A stretch of DNA of 64,000 nt from positions 124,001 through 188,000 of the forward strand of contig JAIVFI010000011.1 in NCBI GenBank assembly GCA_025558095.1, read 5' to 3'. Made by a program: the position numbers and the translations under genes. This DNA comes from Hyaloraphidium curvatum SAG 235-1 (Eukaryota > Fungi > Monoblepharomycota). Shown here in pieces: positions 1 through 10,678 of this stretch. The number at the start of each line of letters is the position of its first letter. Positions within the stretch are counted from its first letter, which is position 1. The notes beneath the pieces are model-generated. The model did not search any database. It saw only the letters and a list, made by a program, of their open reading frames with translations, and was not told the origin of the DNA.

Positions 1-784
1 AGTTAAAGCAGTCATTGCATAGAGTAGGTGTGCACACCGTTGGCGTCTGCGTGGCCGGGCCGATCAGCCCTCACTCCGCCCGCTTTTTTGCCGGAGTGGG
101 ACACCCACCGTCGTGTAGCCCACCCTCCCGGTGGCCGTGAACGTATACGCTGTCGGATCCACCGGCAGGTCCCCCGCGGCGTTGGTCACCAACACGGTGA
201 ACGTGGCCGTGGGCTCCGCGGAACCGGTTGCGGTCGCCGAGTAGGTGCAGTAGGCGATGAGGGTCGTTGTCAACCCTGCCGGCACGGCCCCGGACGGGGT
301 GGGCGTGGCAAGCCTCCAGAACGCCGGCGGAGCCGCGCGCCGAAGCAGCTGCGCCTGGCCCGAGCCAGCGACCTGGGTAATGGTCATTGGGGCGTTGCCG
401 GCGTTGGAGATCGTCAGCGTGGTAGTAGCAGCCTTGTCCGTTGTGGAAATTGAGATGCCGCCGCCGTTCTTGACGTCCAGCATGGTCAGCGTGGCCTGGC
501 CGGGCGGCGCAGCGTAGCGGCGGTACAGGCGGGGCAAATCGGCGTAGCGGACGCAGGCCACGTGGTCCTCGGGTGTGCCAGGGTAGGAGAACTCGCTTCG
601 GAAGAGTCACGAGTCAGTGGGACGCGCGGGGCGGGGGGGGGGCAGCGGCACACCAGAACTCGGCCTTCCCGCACTCCCCGCAAGAGCGCTTGAAAACGGG
701 ACCGGGCGCCGCGGCCGTGCCGACAGAGATGAGGAGGGCGGCAAACATGGTGAGCAGCAGCAGCATGCGTGGCGGACGCGGCAT
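1..784 (-). CDS. Secreted Cys-containing protein with an Ig-like (ASH/choice-of-anchor-D-like) module; 3' end runs off the window
   Basis: ATG at 784 gives the signal peptide MPRPPRMLLLLTMFAALLISVGTAAA, then VFKR-SCGECGKAEFC. An intron (GTGTGC...CTGAC...AAG, about 653-596) joins ORF 64-561, which contains TLTISNAGNAPMTITQV. A probable further intron lies near 107-48. Confidence 0.6.
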
Positions 785-1265
785 GTTGTCGTTCGTTCGG
801 TGGGAGAGGTGTTGCGTTCGTTTGAGAAACGGCGTGACTCAAGTTGTGCTGCTCTGTCCCTCATTCGGCCAAATGCGCGAGTGCACAACGAAAAATGCAT
901 GCACCCGGACCCGCGAGAGTAGGAGAGAGAAGCACGGTGGGGCAGGTCCGCCCCGTCGCGTTTCTCGGCCGGTGGCGTGCAAGTTCCCCGGGCGGTATGA
1001 CGCAGTTTGCGGAGTTCGCCTTGTCCAGATTGGCGGAGTTTTCGCAACCGTCATGGTGCGGGAATACCCGTCATTGTGCGGGATCCCCGTCACCGGCGGA
1101 TTGCCCGCGGATGCGTCAAGATTGGTCGCCAGCACCGCGAAGGTCCCCAAATCTATTCAACGCGCAGAAAGGCGGGAGCGCCTTGGCTACTCCGGGAGGC
1201 GGCCCAATGTCATCACGACCACCTTTGCACGTCCGAATACATGGGGAGCCGATGATACCCTTGCC

Positions 1266-3308
1266 CTAGGCGGCCTTCCTCGAGGTAGTCCTCCTCCTCT
1301 TCGTGGTCGTCTTCCTCCTCGCCGAGCTCCTCCGCATGCTCGTCCTGCGCCGCGTCGTCGTCCTGCGCCGCGTCGTCGTCCTCCTCCGCGCCGTCGTCCT
1401 CCTCCCGACCGTGGTCCGCCGGAAACCCCGGGCGGTCGTGCGGTGCGCGGCAGGCGCGGTCACTGGCGGCGGATCGCCGCGGGGGGTACGGCTCGCGGTC
1501 GCCGGGGCGAAGGGAGAGGTGGGTGGGGTGCTGCTCTCGGTCGCTGAGCTCGTGGTGCTTGTGCTCGGGGTGTGCGAAGAGCTGGCGATCATGGAGCTGC
1601 TGGTGTGCGTCACCGAGGCCGTCGCCGTCCAGGTTCGACTGTCGCTCGTGGGGGGGGTCTGCGCCGCCAGGATGCTCGACGGTGCCGGAGATGCGATCGA
1701 AGAAGGCGGCGAAGCGGCCGGGGTCGCCGATGTCGTAGCCGTCAGAGAATAAGTGCTTGGCGTCCGCGAGGCCGTGGCCGTCTGCAACGTGCTGGACAGC
1801 GTGGTGCTGGTCGCCGTCTCTGAGGAGCTAGAGAGCATGGACGTTGACGGCGCGAAGGACTCGCTCGTGGTCGACGATGTGAGGCTCTCGCTTGTGGTCG
1901 CGGATGTGAGCGTTCCGCTCGTAGTCGAGGATGTCGAACTCGAGCTAGTCTGCGTCTGCGACGTGCTGGACAGGGCGGAGGAGCTATTCGTTGTCCGAGA
2001 GGAACTGCTGGGCGTCTCCGACGAGGTCGCTGTTCGAGAGCTACTGCTCGGCGTCTCCGAAGTCGTTGAGGTCGTTGCGGTAAGAGAACTGGTACTCGCC
2101 GTCATCGCGGCGGTTGTTGTCGGCGAGCTGGAGGTCCGCGTCGCCGACGTGGTTGCCGTCAGCGAGCTCGTCGACCGAACCTGCAGCCGCACCCTGACGT
2201 CCCCATCCCACCAGCTCGACGCCGCCAGGTCGACCATCCCGTCGCCGTCCAGGTCGGCCGCGGCCGCGGAAAACGCCCCCTGCCCCATGGCGTAGTCGAC
2301 CCTGGCCGCGAACCCCCTCCCGCCCAGCCCGCGCAGGAAGCTGATCGGGTCGCCGCCCCGGGAGACCAGGGAGGGGTAGTTCCCGCGGATGCAGGCCGCG
2401 AGGATGTCGGGCAGGCCGTCGCCGTCGAGGTCCGCCAGCGCGATTCCTTTGGGGGTGCGGGCGGTGGGCAGGTAGACGGGGGAGGAGAAGTTGCCCCCCG
2501 GCCCGCCGAAGTAGACCGCGACGTTGTCCGAGCCGTCGTTGGCGGCCACGAGGTCCGGGAACCCGTCGCCGTCGAGGTCCGCCGCTGCGATGGAATGCGG
2601 CCCGGCGCCCGAGCGGTAAGTGCGCTGGGCCTTGAAGTTCCCGCCCCCGGTGGCGATGTACACGGAAACGGTGCCGCCGTAGTGGTTGGCCACGGCAAAG
2701 TCTGGCCACCCGTCCCGGTCAAAGTCCCCGACGGCGACGCTGTGCGGCTGGGCGCCCGCAGCCAGGGTGCGCGACGAGGATCCGAAGGCGCCCGTGCCGT
2801 TGCCAAACAGGACCTTGACGACGGATTCGCCCCACCCTGCCACGACGACGTCCAAAAAGCCGTCCTTGTCGACGTCGGCGAGGGCCGCCTCGTGCGCCCC
2901 GAGCACCGCGGGGTAGTCTGCCGAGTAGGCGAGGGCGCCGTTGCCGACGTTCAGAAGCACTGAGATATTTCCCGGCGCCTGGTTCGCCGTCACGACGTCG
3001 GGCAGCCCGTCGCCGTTCACGTCCCCGACGGCCACCGACTTTGGCTGGCAGCCCGCGGGCAGCGCGTAGACTGCGGCCGGCAGGAAGGTGCCGTCGCCGC
3101 GGCCGCGCATGACCGCCACCGTTGCGTCCCCCGCGCAGACCGAGACGAGGTCGGGCGCGCCGTCTCCGTCGATGTCGGCGGCCCGGACAAACAGCGCGTG
3201 GGCGCCGCTGGCGTAAGACGCGGCGGGCCGCAGCGCGGGCGCCCCAAACGCGGGCGCCGCCGTCACAATCAGGACAATCGCGACGGAAAGAACGTGTCCG
3301 CAGCGCAT
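1266..3308 (-). CDS. Secreted FG-GAP/VCBS 7-bladed beta-propeller protein with Ser/Thr stalk and Arg/Thr-rich tail
   Basis: Signal peptide MRCGHVLSVAIVLIVTAAPAFG; seven (A/G)DxDxDGxxD repeats; long S/T low-complexity region; RRTT-repeat C-terminus; intronless. Confidence 0.85.
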   Translation of the reverse strand: MRCGHVLSVAIVLIVTAAPAFGAPALRPAASYASGAHALFVRAADIDGDGAPDLVSVCAGDATVAVMRGRGDGTFLPAAVYALPAGCQPKSVAVGDVNGDGLPDVVTANQAPGNISVLLNVGNGALAYSADYPAVLGAHEAALADVDKDGFLDVVVAGWGESVVKVLFGNGTGAFGSSSRTLAAGAQPHSVAVGDFDRDGWPDFAVANHYGGTVSVYIATGGGNFKAQRTYRSGAGPHSIAAADLDGDGFPDLVAANDGSDNVAVYFGGPGGNFSSPVYLPTARTPKGIALADLDGDGLPDILAACIRGNYPSLVSRGGDPISFLRGLGGRGFAARVDYAMGQGAFSAAAADLDGDGMVDLAASSWWDGDVRVRLQVRSTSSLTATTSATRTSSSPTTTAAMTASTSSLTATTSTTSETPSSSSRTATSSETPSSSSRTTNSSSALSSTSQTQTSSSSTSSTTSGTLTSATTSESLTSSTTSESFAPSTSMLSSSSETATSTTLSSTLQTATASRTPSTYSLTATTSATPAASPPSSIASPAPSSILAAQTPPTSDSRTWTATASVTHTSSSMIASSSHTPSTSTTSSATESSTPPTSPFAPATASRTPRGDPPPVTAPAAHRTTARGFRRTTVGRRTTARRRTTTRRRTTTRRRTSMRRSSARRKTTTKRRRTTSRKAA
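1275..1420 (-). repeat. Coding minisatellite (~18 nt unit) encoding RRTT(T/A)R repeats
   Basis: The + strand unit CGTCCTGCGCCGCGTCGT is repeated, with degenerate flanking copies. Confidence 0.75.
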
Positions 3309-3701
3309 AGCGGCCGCGGACGCGGCGAGGGGGAATGGGAAAAGGAGGGCGAGCGGCTGTGTTGGGAAAATGACGATCAAAAGATCCCCCGACAACGGTC
3401 AGAGGCCACAGACGGCGTGGAGGATCCTTCGATCATGCTGGAGGATGGACGTCTGCCACCCTGGATTCGGACACGGGCAGCATCGTTCGTCGCTTCGGCC
3501 TTGAAGGTGTGCGAGAAGAAGACCGATCCGGGAGCTCTGAATCTCCAACCGCGCTGACTTGACGGAAAGGGGCCCACGGCAGACACGGCACTAGGGCGCC
3601 ATAGCCTAATGGAATTCGATCTTCCCCGTGAATTGCGGCGCCGAGGAAACACCAGACCAGACCACACCAACCGGCCCGGCCTCTCGCACCATCGCCGCAG
3701 C

Positions 3702-5014
3702 TCACCCCTCCCCGCTCTCGTATTCCTCCTCCCCCTCCCCATGGAACCCCGCCCCCGCGTCCGCCGCATCCGTCCCCTCCGACGCCGCCTCCTCCTCGTG
3801 CTTGGCCGCGCCCCTCGGCTTCGCGGCCGCCTTGGGCTGCCCCGGCTGCTCGAACGCCTGCCACTCGTACTTCGCGAGCTGCGCGACGCCGGGGAGCTCC
3901 TGCACCAGGGATTGGATGGTGCCGTTGGTGAGGCCGAAGTGCTCGGGGCCGGAGGAGGACGAGGTGGTTTCCTTGTTGCGGAGGAGGTTGGCGGCTGTCG
4001 GGAACGCGGTCAGCGGAGCCCCGCGGGCGGCCGGGAAAAGATGGGCGCACCCTTGACGAAGGGCGCCCAGGCGCCGGTGGGAGAGTTGGCGGCGTGCGCC
4101 GTGTGCGGGGCGTCGGCGGGCTCGACCCTGAAGAGGGGGCCGACGCCGCCGTCCTCGATGGTGCAGAAGTACTCGCACGTCGCGTTGGCGTCCACGGTCG
4201 ACTGGTACGGTCTGCGCCAAATGTGAGCGGGACGGCTCGTGTTCGCGCGCCGGCCGCCGGCGACCCACCTCGAGACCCTGTAACCCACGGGGAACACGTA
4301 CCGCGCCGAATGGAACGCGTCCCTGTCCGTCACCACCGTCCCCAGCGCGTACACGGTGAACTGCCCGACCCTGGCCGGCAGCCTCGGCCTGCCGTGCTCG
4401 TCGCGGGGCACCGCCTGCACGCGCTTGGCCTTTGGCTTGGCGGCGGCGGGCTTTGCGGGGCGCTCGGCCTTGGGTTTGGGCGGGCGCTTGGCGGAGGAGG
4501 GGGCGCTGGGGAGATCGGCTGGCGAGGCGGGGGCGGTCGCGGCGGGGGACGGCTGCACGGGGGCGGGGGCGGGCGAGGGGGCGAACTGGTGGAACTGCGG
4601 GGCGGGCTGGTGGGCGGCGTATTGCACCGGCGGCGGGGGCGGCATCTCGACGCGGGGCGCGGCGGCGCGGGGCGCCTCCACGGGCGGTGCGGGCCGCGGG
4701 GCGGGCGCGGGGCGGATCGGCCGCGGGTGCTCCTCCTCTGCCGCGCGCTCCCCGTCCGACACGTCGTCTTCGAGCCCGGAAGACTCGTCGCCGCCCTTTT
4801 CGTACATGCGCACGCGGTCGGCCAGCAGGCTGTTTAAATGGCGCGTTAAGGACGCGTTCCGCTGTCCAGCCCGGTGGGGCACGTACTCCCGCTCCCGCCG
4901 CAGCCGCGCGATCTTTGCGCGGTAAATGTCCAGCTTGAGGCTCATCTCCTCGAAGCCCTCGGCGCCGAACTTGCGCTTGGCGTCGGACGCCGAGCCCGCG
5001 CCGGCCTTGACCAT
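3702..5014 (-). CDS. FYRN/FYRC domain chromatin-associated protein (TBRG1-like)
   Basis: FYRN: VPRDEHGRPRLP...VYALGTVVTDRDAFHSARYVFPVGY. FYRC: YFCTIEDGGVGPLFRV...SPTGAW...SGPEHFGLTNGTIQSLVQELPG. About three short introns. Confidence 0.85.
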
Positions 5015-5295
5015 CGCGGAGCGCGCGGCAGGAAAGGCTTTGGACGGGGGTTGGGGCCTCTGCGGCGCCGCGGAAGTGTAACGCGACAGAGCGCTTCGGG
5101 TCCGCGAGCGGGATTCGGCGGGTTTCGCACCCGAGGGGGCCCAAGGGAGGGGGTGAAAATGGAGGAGCGCGAGTGCTCCGGCCGTCCCGCCCTCCCTGCC
5201 CTTTTGCCTCGAAGCGATCACAATGCAGCATTTCCTTCGTTGCCTGCTCCAGAACCCAGATTACTCGGGTATCCCATCCGCCTCCCGGCCCGCAT

Positions 5296-6472
5296 CTACG
5301 GATCCACTTCCACCACTTCCCACACGTCCCTCCTGGCATAGTACTCCACCCTCACCCCCTTTCCCGCCAGCCCATCCCTGACCTCCCTCATCGTCCCCGC
5401 GTCGCCCCAGCCCGCCGGCTGCGAATCCGGGATGAAGTCCACCGCGTACACCTTGACCTCCCTCACCGTCCGCGAACTGCGGAGGAGCAGCAGGTCGAGG
5501 AGGGAGATGGAGGGGGTGGAGAAGAGCTGCAGGGATGCCAGCGCCGGGTGTGCGGCGGCGGCGCGGATCGACGAGGATGTCGCGCGGCACCGCCGGAGGA
5601 CGAGCCGGCGGAGCCCCGTTGCGGCATCCAGCGCCCGCTCCACGCCGAAGTCGGTGACCGCCGCCGAGCCGAGGTCCAGCACCCGCAGGCGGGCCATGGC
5701 GGGGTACACGGCGGCCAACGTGGCGTCGTCCAGGGTGTCGGAGGCGCCGCGGAGGACGAGGGCGTCCAGCGCGCGGAAGGCCGATATGCGGCGGAGCACG
5801 GGGCCGGAAAACAGCGGGGCGGCGTGGAAAGAGTCCGCGGAGGAGCCGGGTAGGGGGCGGTCCTCCACCAGCGAGAGGTGCGTCAGCGCGGCGGGGTCGA
5901 GGGCGGCGAGGAGGCGTTCCAGGGCCGCCGATCCCGGAAGGAGGGGGTCGCGGAGGCGGCACCGTTCGAGTTCCAGGCCGTGCGGGGAAGCAGAGAGGGG
6001 GAGCGAGGGGATAAAGTCCGCGAGGTCGCAGTCCCGCAGGCTGAGGAAGGTGCCGGCGCGGAGGGCGAGGGCGAGTGCGGGACCGGCGAGGAGGAAGCCG
6101 GTGAGGCGGAGGATGGCGAGACCGGGCACGGCGGTCAGGACAGCGGCGTGCTCGGGTCCGAAGGTGCGGCTGCTCCAAAGAGAAACGAAACAGAGGCGGG
6201 ACGGCGAACATGTCGGCAGGATGAATGACGCGTCAACTCGTGTCTTGGCCGGAAGCAAGGGAGGAACGGCCCCACCGCGGATGCACATCGCATGCCACGT
6301 CGACGCCCAGCCTTGCCGGCGGCCCCTCGGCGGCGGCCTCCCGCAACAGCGATGCGAACGCGGCGCCGTCCGCGGTCCCGGACGCCACCGCCGCCTCGAG
6401 CACGTGCCGCCACGATACCGAGACCGTACGCTGCGGCGGAGCGCGGGAGAGGGAGGGCGGAGGCGCGGACAT
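5296..6472 (-). CDS. RNI-like leucine-rich repeat protein
   Basis: LxxLxL repeats (LTHLSLV, LRVLDLGSAAVTDFG, LRRLVLRRC, LASLQLF). Exon 1 MSAPPPS... is spliced via GTGGGC at about 6275 to an AG near 6170. Confidence 0.65.
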
Positions 6473-6578
6473 CGGGGCGGCCTGCGCGGTGAATCGACGG
6501 TTCGCGCCGCCGTGTTTACGTCCGTGTCCCAGAAGCATCTCCCCCCTCTCCGTCCTCCCGGTTCACGCTACAACATCG
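6473..6578. promoter_or_regulatory. Putative bidirectional promoter (LRR gene / ble)
   Basis: The divergent ATGs are separated by only 106 nt. Confidence 0.4.
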
Positions 6579-6944
6579 ATGGCCGAAAAGCGCGACAGGA
6601 TCACCGCCAACCTCCCATCGCGCGACATGGACGCGACCCTCGCCTTCTACGCCGCCCTCGGCTTCTCCCCCCGCTACCGGAACGATGGTTGGATGATCCT
6701 CTCCCGCGGCCCCCTGGAGCTCGAGTTCTTCCCGCACCCGGAACTGGACCCCGCGTCGTCGTGGTTCTCGGCGTGCGTGCGGGTGGCGGACCTCGACGGG
6801 CTCGTGGCGGCGTGGAGGGCGGCGGGGCTGCCAAAGACGGGGATACCGAGGCTCGAGGAGGAGGCGAGGGAGATCGCGCCGGGGTTGAGGATGGCGGCGC
6901 TGGTGGATTTGGATGGTTCGCTGCTGAGGTTGCTAGGGCCGTGA
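6579..6944 (+). CDS. ble: Bleomycin-binding (resistance) protein, VOC/glyoxalase fold, bacterial Ble type
   Basis: 121 aa, intronless. Motifs NLPSRD, FYAALGF, GWMILSRG, LEFFPHPELDPASSWFSAC and MAALVDLDGSLLRL match Tn5 Ble / BRP-MBL as recalled. Confidence 0.9.
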   Translation: MAEKRDRITANLPSRDMDATLAFYAALGFSPRYRNDGWMILSRGPLELEFFPHPELDPASSWFSACVRVADLDGLVAAWRAAGLPKTGIPRLEEEAREIAPGLRMAALVDLDGSLLRLLGP

Positions 6945-7115
6945 GCCCGGGACGCGGTGACGGGCTTCGGGAGGTAGCACGGTTCCCATTCCGATACGTT
7001 CCCTCCGCTCAAGGTGCCCTCTAGCAGTGCCAGTCGGTGGTGCGCGCAGTCAACCTTTGCGCTCGGGCAGTCCGCCTTTCGCCGTCCCTGGCATACCGTC
7101 GTTGCCCCGGTGCCG

Positions 7116-7499
7116 TCACGCCTTTGGCGGGCAGAGCACCACCCTCTCCTTCCCCACCCTCTTGTCCAGCGCCTCCTCCCCCTCGGAAAAGTCCATCGCC
7201 GCAGCAAACTTCATGCTGTCCTCCTTCCCCTTGGTCCGCGTGGCGACGGCCGCGAACCGCGCCTCGAGCTCCTCCCTCGTGGGCGGGCGGACGGGTTCCG
7301 GGGAGGCCGACCAGTCTCCGATGGCGAAGCCATAGTCCTCGTTGTCCATTTGTTTGGGAGCGGGGGCGGTATAGGCGCGGAGGGAGGGCCGGAGGGTGCG
7401 GGTAGGGAGGACGGAGGCGGGGGTCGCGAGGGCGGCGGGACAGGCCCGGGGGAGGGAGCGCGGCACGGAGAACATGGCGAGGGCGTTCCTGAGCGGCAT
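7116..7499 (-). CDS. Small hypothetical protein with a probable mitochondrial presequence
   Basis: Arg/Ala/Ser/Pro-rich N-terminus without acidic residues, ending ...LRAY; host-like codon usage; divergent from uL22m. Confidence 0.5.
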   Translation of the reverse strand: MPLRNALAMFSVPRSLPRACPAALATPASVLPTRTLRPSLRAYTAPAPKQMDNEDYGFAIGDWSASPEPVRPPTREELEARFAAVATRTKGKEDSMKFAAAMDFSEGEEALDKRVGKERVVLCPPKA

Positions 7500-7709
7500 C
7501 CCGGGGCCGGAGAGGGACGACGTCGCGTTTCCGCGGCTTGGTCAGCTCGCCGGAATCTGCGGGATGTGCGTCCTTAGAGCTCTGTATCTGGCCTTCGATT
7601 CTAGCCGAAGCCGCTAGCCTACTTCGACGCGAACACCACAAACCATCGCGGGCCTCCAGTGCGCTAGCAGGCCCTTCTAAGGACCTCCGGGTCGGCCATA
7701 TTGCTTGAG
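7500..7709. promoter_or_regulatory. Putative bidirectional promoter of two mitochondrial-protein genes
   Basis: 210 nt of lower-GC sequence between divergent starts. Confidence 0.4.
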
Positions 7710-8700
7710 ATGTCCCGGACTCTGTGCCTCCTGCGGCGGCCGGCCCTCCCGCGCCCTGCTTTGGCCCCCGCGCCGCCGCCGCCGCGCCGCGCCTTCTCCC
7801 TCTCCGCCGCTTCCCGCGGCCGCATCGCGCCCGACGACCCGCGGTACGCGCGCCCCGTGAGGCTGCCGAACGGCCCGCCGCCGAAAAGGGCGGAGCCGCC
7901 GGCCATCCCGCGGAAGGTGTTCGAGTGGGCCTCCAACACCGCCGGCGCGCTGGCGGACAGGAAGGGCAACAAAGTGGGATGCTCGGGGCGTCCTGCTGCA
8001 CCTCTTCTTACCTCCCGGCTGCCGCCGATCGCTACCGCCCCCGCATTCAGTTCGTCCACTACATGCGCAACATCATCCACCTCCGCGCGCGACGCTTCTA
8101 CCCCTTCGCCAACCAGATCATCGGCCTCTCCGCCGAGCAAGCCGTCCTGCAATGCCGCTGGGCGCAGAACCTCTCGGCCCGCGTGGCGGAACAGACCCTG
8201 CTGGGGGCCATGATCAAGGCCAAGGCCGCCGGCTTGGATTTGGAGCGGTGCTACGTCAGTCAGTGTCCCTTTCCTGCCTTCCGCGCGTTTCTGTGGCGCT
8301 CACTTTTGCGTTTGCGCTCTTTGTTACAGCCGACGTCGACGTGCTCCCCCGCGCCATCACCCACCCCTCCCTCAAGCTCCGCGGCCAGGGCCCGTACGGC
8401 GCCACCCCCCACCCCGCCACCGCGCTGTTCCACCTCGTCCTCACCGAACGCCCGGACCTCCCCGCGGGCCAGACCTCCATCCGGCGGGACGTCCCGCCGG
8501 AGATCGAGGAGCTCCGGTCCCGCCTGCGCGCGTGGATGCGGGACAGGGACGCGCATACGAGGTGGGGGGTGCCGTACGTGAGGGATGAAAAGGGGAGGCT
8601 GGTGGGGTACGGGAGGAGAAAGAGAGAGGGGGTGAAGGAGATGGGCGGGTTCGGGATCGTGGGGGCCGAGAGGAGGAGGAAGAAGGTCGTGTACGCGTGA
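7710..8700 (+). CDS. MRPL22: Mitochondrial ribosomal protein uL22m (divergent)
   Basis: Presequence ...RRAFSLSA; L22-like core FANQIIGLSAEQAVLQCRW...AKAAGLDLERCYV...LRGQG...FHLVLTE; two introns (about 7974-8050 and 8259-8329). Confidence 0.7.
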
Positions 8701-8823
8701 GCCGGGCTAGGGGGAATGGAGGACTCGGATGCTTCGAGAACCTTTTTTCTTCCACCCTAAATCATCCGACAGAATAGTTCCAAACACCACCGCAGCACCC
8801 CGTCGACCACCGCTGATCGACCG

Positions 8824-10074
8824 TCAAAACTGGGCCTCGGCCGCCGCCATCGGGTCGTAGTCCGGCGCCGACAACACCCTCTGCAGCTGCACCCTCCTCA
8901 CCCCCACGTTCCCTCCATCAAAAAGGGGATAAGCCATCGCGTCGTTCAGCAGCTGCATCAGCCCCGTCCGCTCCTTGTACGCCTCGACGCCGACCACCCG
9001 CATTGCGTCGGTAATCACTCCGACCATGAGCTCCGAGGTGAAGACCTTGTTCAGCAGCGAGAGCTCCCCGTTGCGGCCGCCGGACCGGTCGAAGTTGTAG
9101 CACGCCTTCCAGGTCAGGTACCGCCCGGCTTCGATCTTTGCCTTCATGTCCGAGAGGATGTTGGCGACGCCCTGGTTCGAGATGACGGGCTTGTCGCCGC
9201 CGCGGGTCTCCTTGCGCGCAAAGTCGAGGGCGATCCCGAACGCGCGGCGGGCGACGCCGACGGCGAATATACCCACGAGCCCCGCGGTGGCCGTGAATGC
9301 CGTCTCGGCGATCAGGATGCCGTCGCCTACCCTGCCCAGCAGGTTCCCCTTGGGTACCCGCACGTCCTTGTAGACCACGCGCGAGACAAGGGCGCCCTTG
9401 AGCCCCGCGGTCTCGATGTTCTCGGCGATGGTGACCCCCGGCGTGTTGCCGGGCACGAGGATCACCGCCATCCCCTCCTGCGGCGTCTTGCTCGTGTCGA
9501 CGCGGGCCACGACGGCGAGCAGATCGCAGCCCTTGCCGTCCCAGCCGCCCGCGTGCGGCGTCCAGATCTTCTCCCCGTTGATGACCCACTCCTCGCCGTC
9601 CAAGCGGGCGTGCGTGCGGAATCCGCCGTCGGGGTTGGGGTTGCCGTAGTTTGCGCTACCGTGCGGCTCGGAGAAGGAGAGCCCGGCAAGCGGGGCGCCG
9701 TCGTCGGCCAGAAACGGCGCCAGAAAGTGCTTGTGCTGCTCGGGCGTGCCGAAAAACAGCAGCGGCATCAGTCCGAGGCCCGTGGAGAGGACGGAGAGCG
9801 GCAGGCTCGCGTCGAACGCGTGTAGCTCTTCCGCGAGCAGGGCGACGTCCAGGAGACTGCTCATGGTCCCGCCCATCGGCGGCGGGATCTGCATTTTGAT
9901 GTAGCCCGCGCGGACCGCGGCCTCGTACGCCGGGCGCGTGGCGGCGAACCGCGCCTCGGGCGTGGCGGCGGCGTAGTGCGCGTCGAGGCCGGAGAGGTGC
10001 GTCCGGCCGAACTCGCGCGCGGATTTCTGCAGCGCGCGCTGCGACTCGCTGAGCTCGAACGAGATGCCGGACAT
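8824..10074 (-). CDS. Nitroalkane oxidase (acyl-CoA dehydrogenase superfamily)
   Basis: FSEPHGSAN, GEKIW..HAGGWDGKGCDL, ETRGG and C-terminal YPLFDGGNVGVRR carrying the Asp/Arg pair of Fusarium NAO rather than the ACAD catalytic Glu; intronless. Confidence 0.85.
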   Translation of the reverse strand: MSGISFELSESQRALQKSAREFGRTHLSGLDAHYAAATPEARFAATRPAYEAAVRAGYIKMQIPPPMGGTMSSLLDVALLAEELHAFDASLPLSVLSTGLGLMPLLFFGTPEQHKHFLAPFLADDGAPLAGLSFSEPHGSANYGNPNPDGGFRTHARLDGEEWVINGEKIWTPHAGGWDGKGCDLLAVVARVDTSKTPQEGMAVILVPGNTPGVTIAENIETAGLKGALVSRVVYKDVRVPKGNLLGRVGDGILIAETAFTATAGLVGIFAVGVARRAFGIALDFARKETRGGDKPVISNQGVANILSDMKAKIEAGRYLTWKACYNFDRSGGRNGELSLLNKVFTSELMVGVITDAMRVVGVEAYKERTGLMQLLNDAMAYPLFDGGNVGVRRVQLQRVLSAPDYDPMAAAEAQF

Positions 10075-10678
10075 ATTGGGCTGCGCGGGGTGCGAAGGCT
10101 CGCCCGGGTGGTTTGGGAGACAATCTGCTGGAGGCAAGGACGCCAAGCATCGCGATGACGACGATACAACTCGAAGATGCCACCGATTCGGCCACGGCGC
10201 CGTGCCCAGGTCGTTCAGAAACTCATCCGCTTTGTGCGTGTTGCAAACGCTCAGGATGTGCGAGCGGCACGGGACTGCGGGGATCGTCCCGGACTGCCGC
10301 GGCCACTGCGGCCGGCAGCGAGGGTTCTTCGCCGCTCCTCTGCTCTGGTTGCAAGATCGCGCGGTAATGCTGTAGGATTGCTAGGAAGAATGGAGCAAGC
10401 ACAGGGAGATGTGGAGGGGCCAGGATGCGGTTGCCTTGCCGCGAAGAGCGCATGGAGATCGCAGGCTTTCTGATGGGCAGGAATCTGAACTGGTTGCAAC
10501 AAGCAACTTATTGGCGGATGACTGTTTTGCTTCGGCTGAGGAGGAAAAGCGAGAAGGCGATTGGACGGCCGTCGTTCACGTCGGTTGGTCGAAGCGCCTC
10601 CCCGCTTTCGCTCTCGCCTCCGCTCGCCGAGCCGCAAACCCGCTCGCACTCTGGTGCCACCGATCGAATCCTTTTTAA

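Noticed and set aside
1275-2170. CRISPR-like or non-coding repeat array
   Set aside because: The repeats are in-frame coding low-complexity units without unique spacers, in a eukaryotic gene.
6400-7100. ble as a vector or Tn5 contaminant
   Set aside because: The protein is clearly diverged from Tn5 Ble, has no neo/str/IS50 flanks, and sits seamlessly between host genes.
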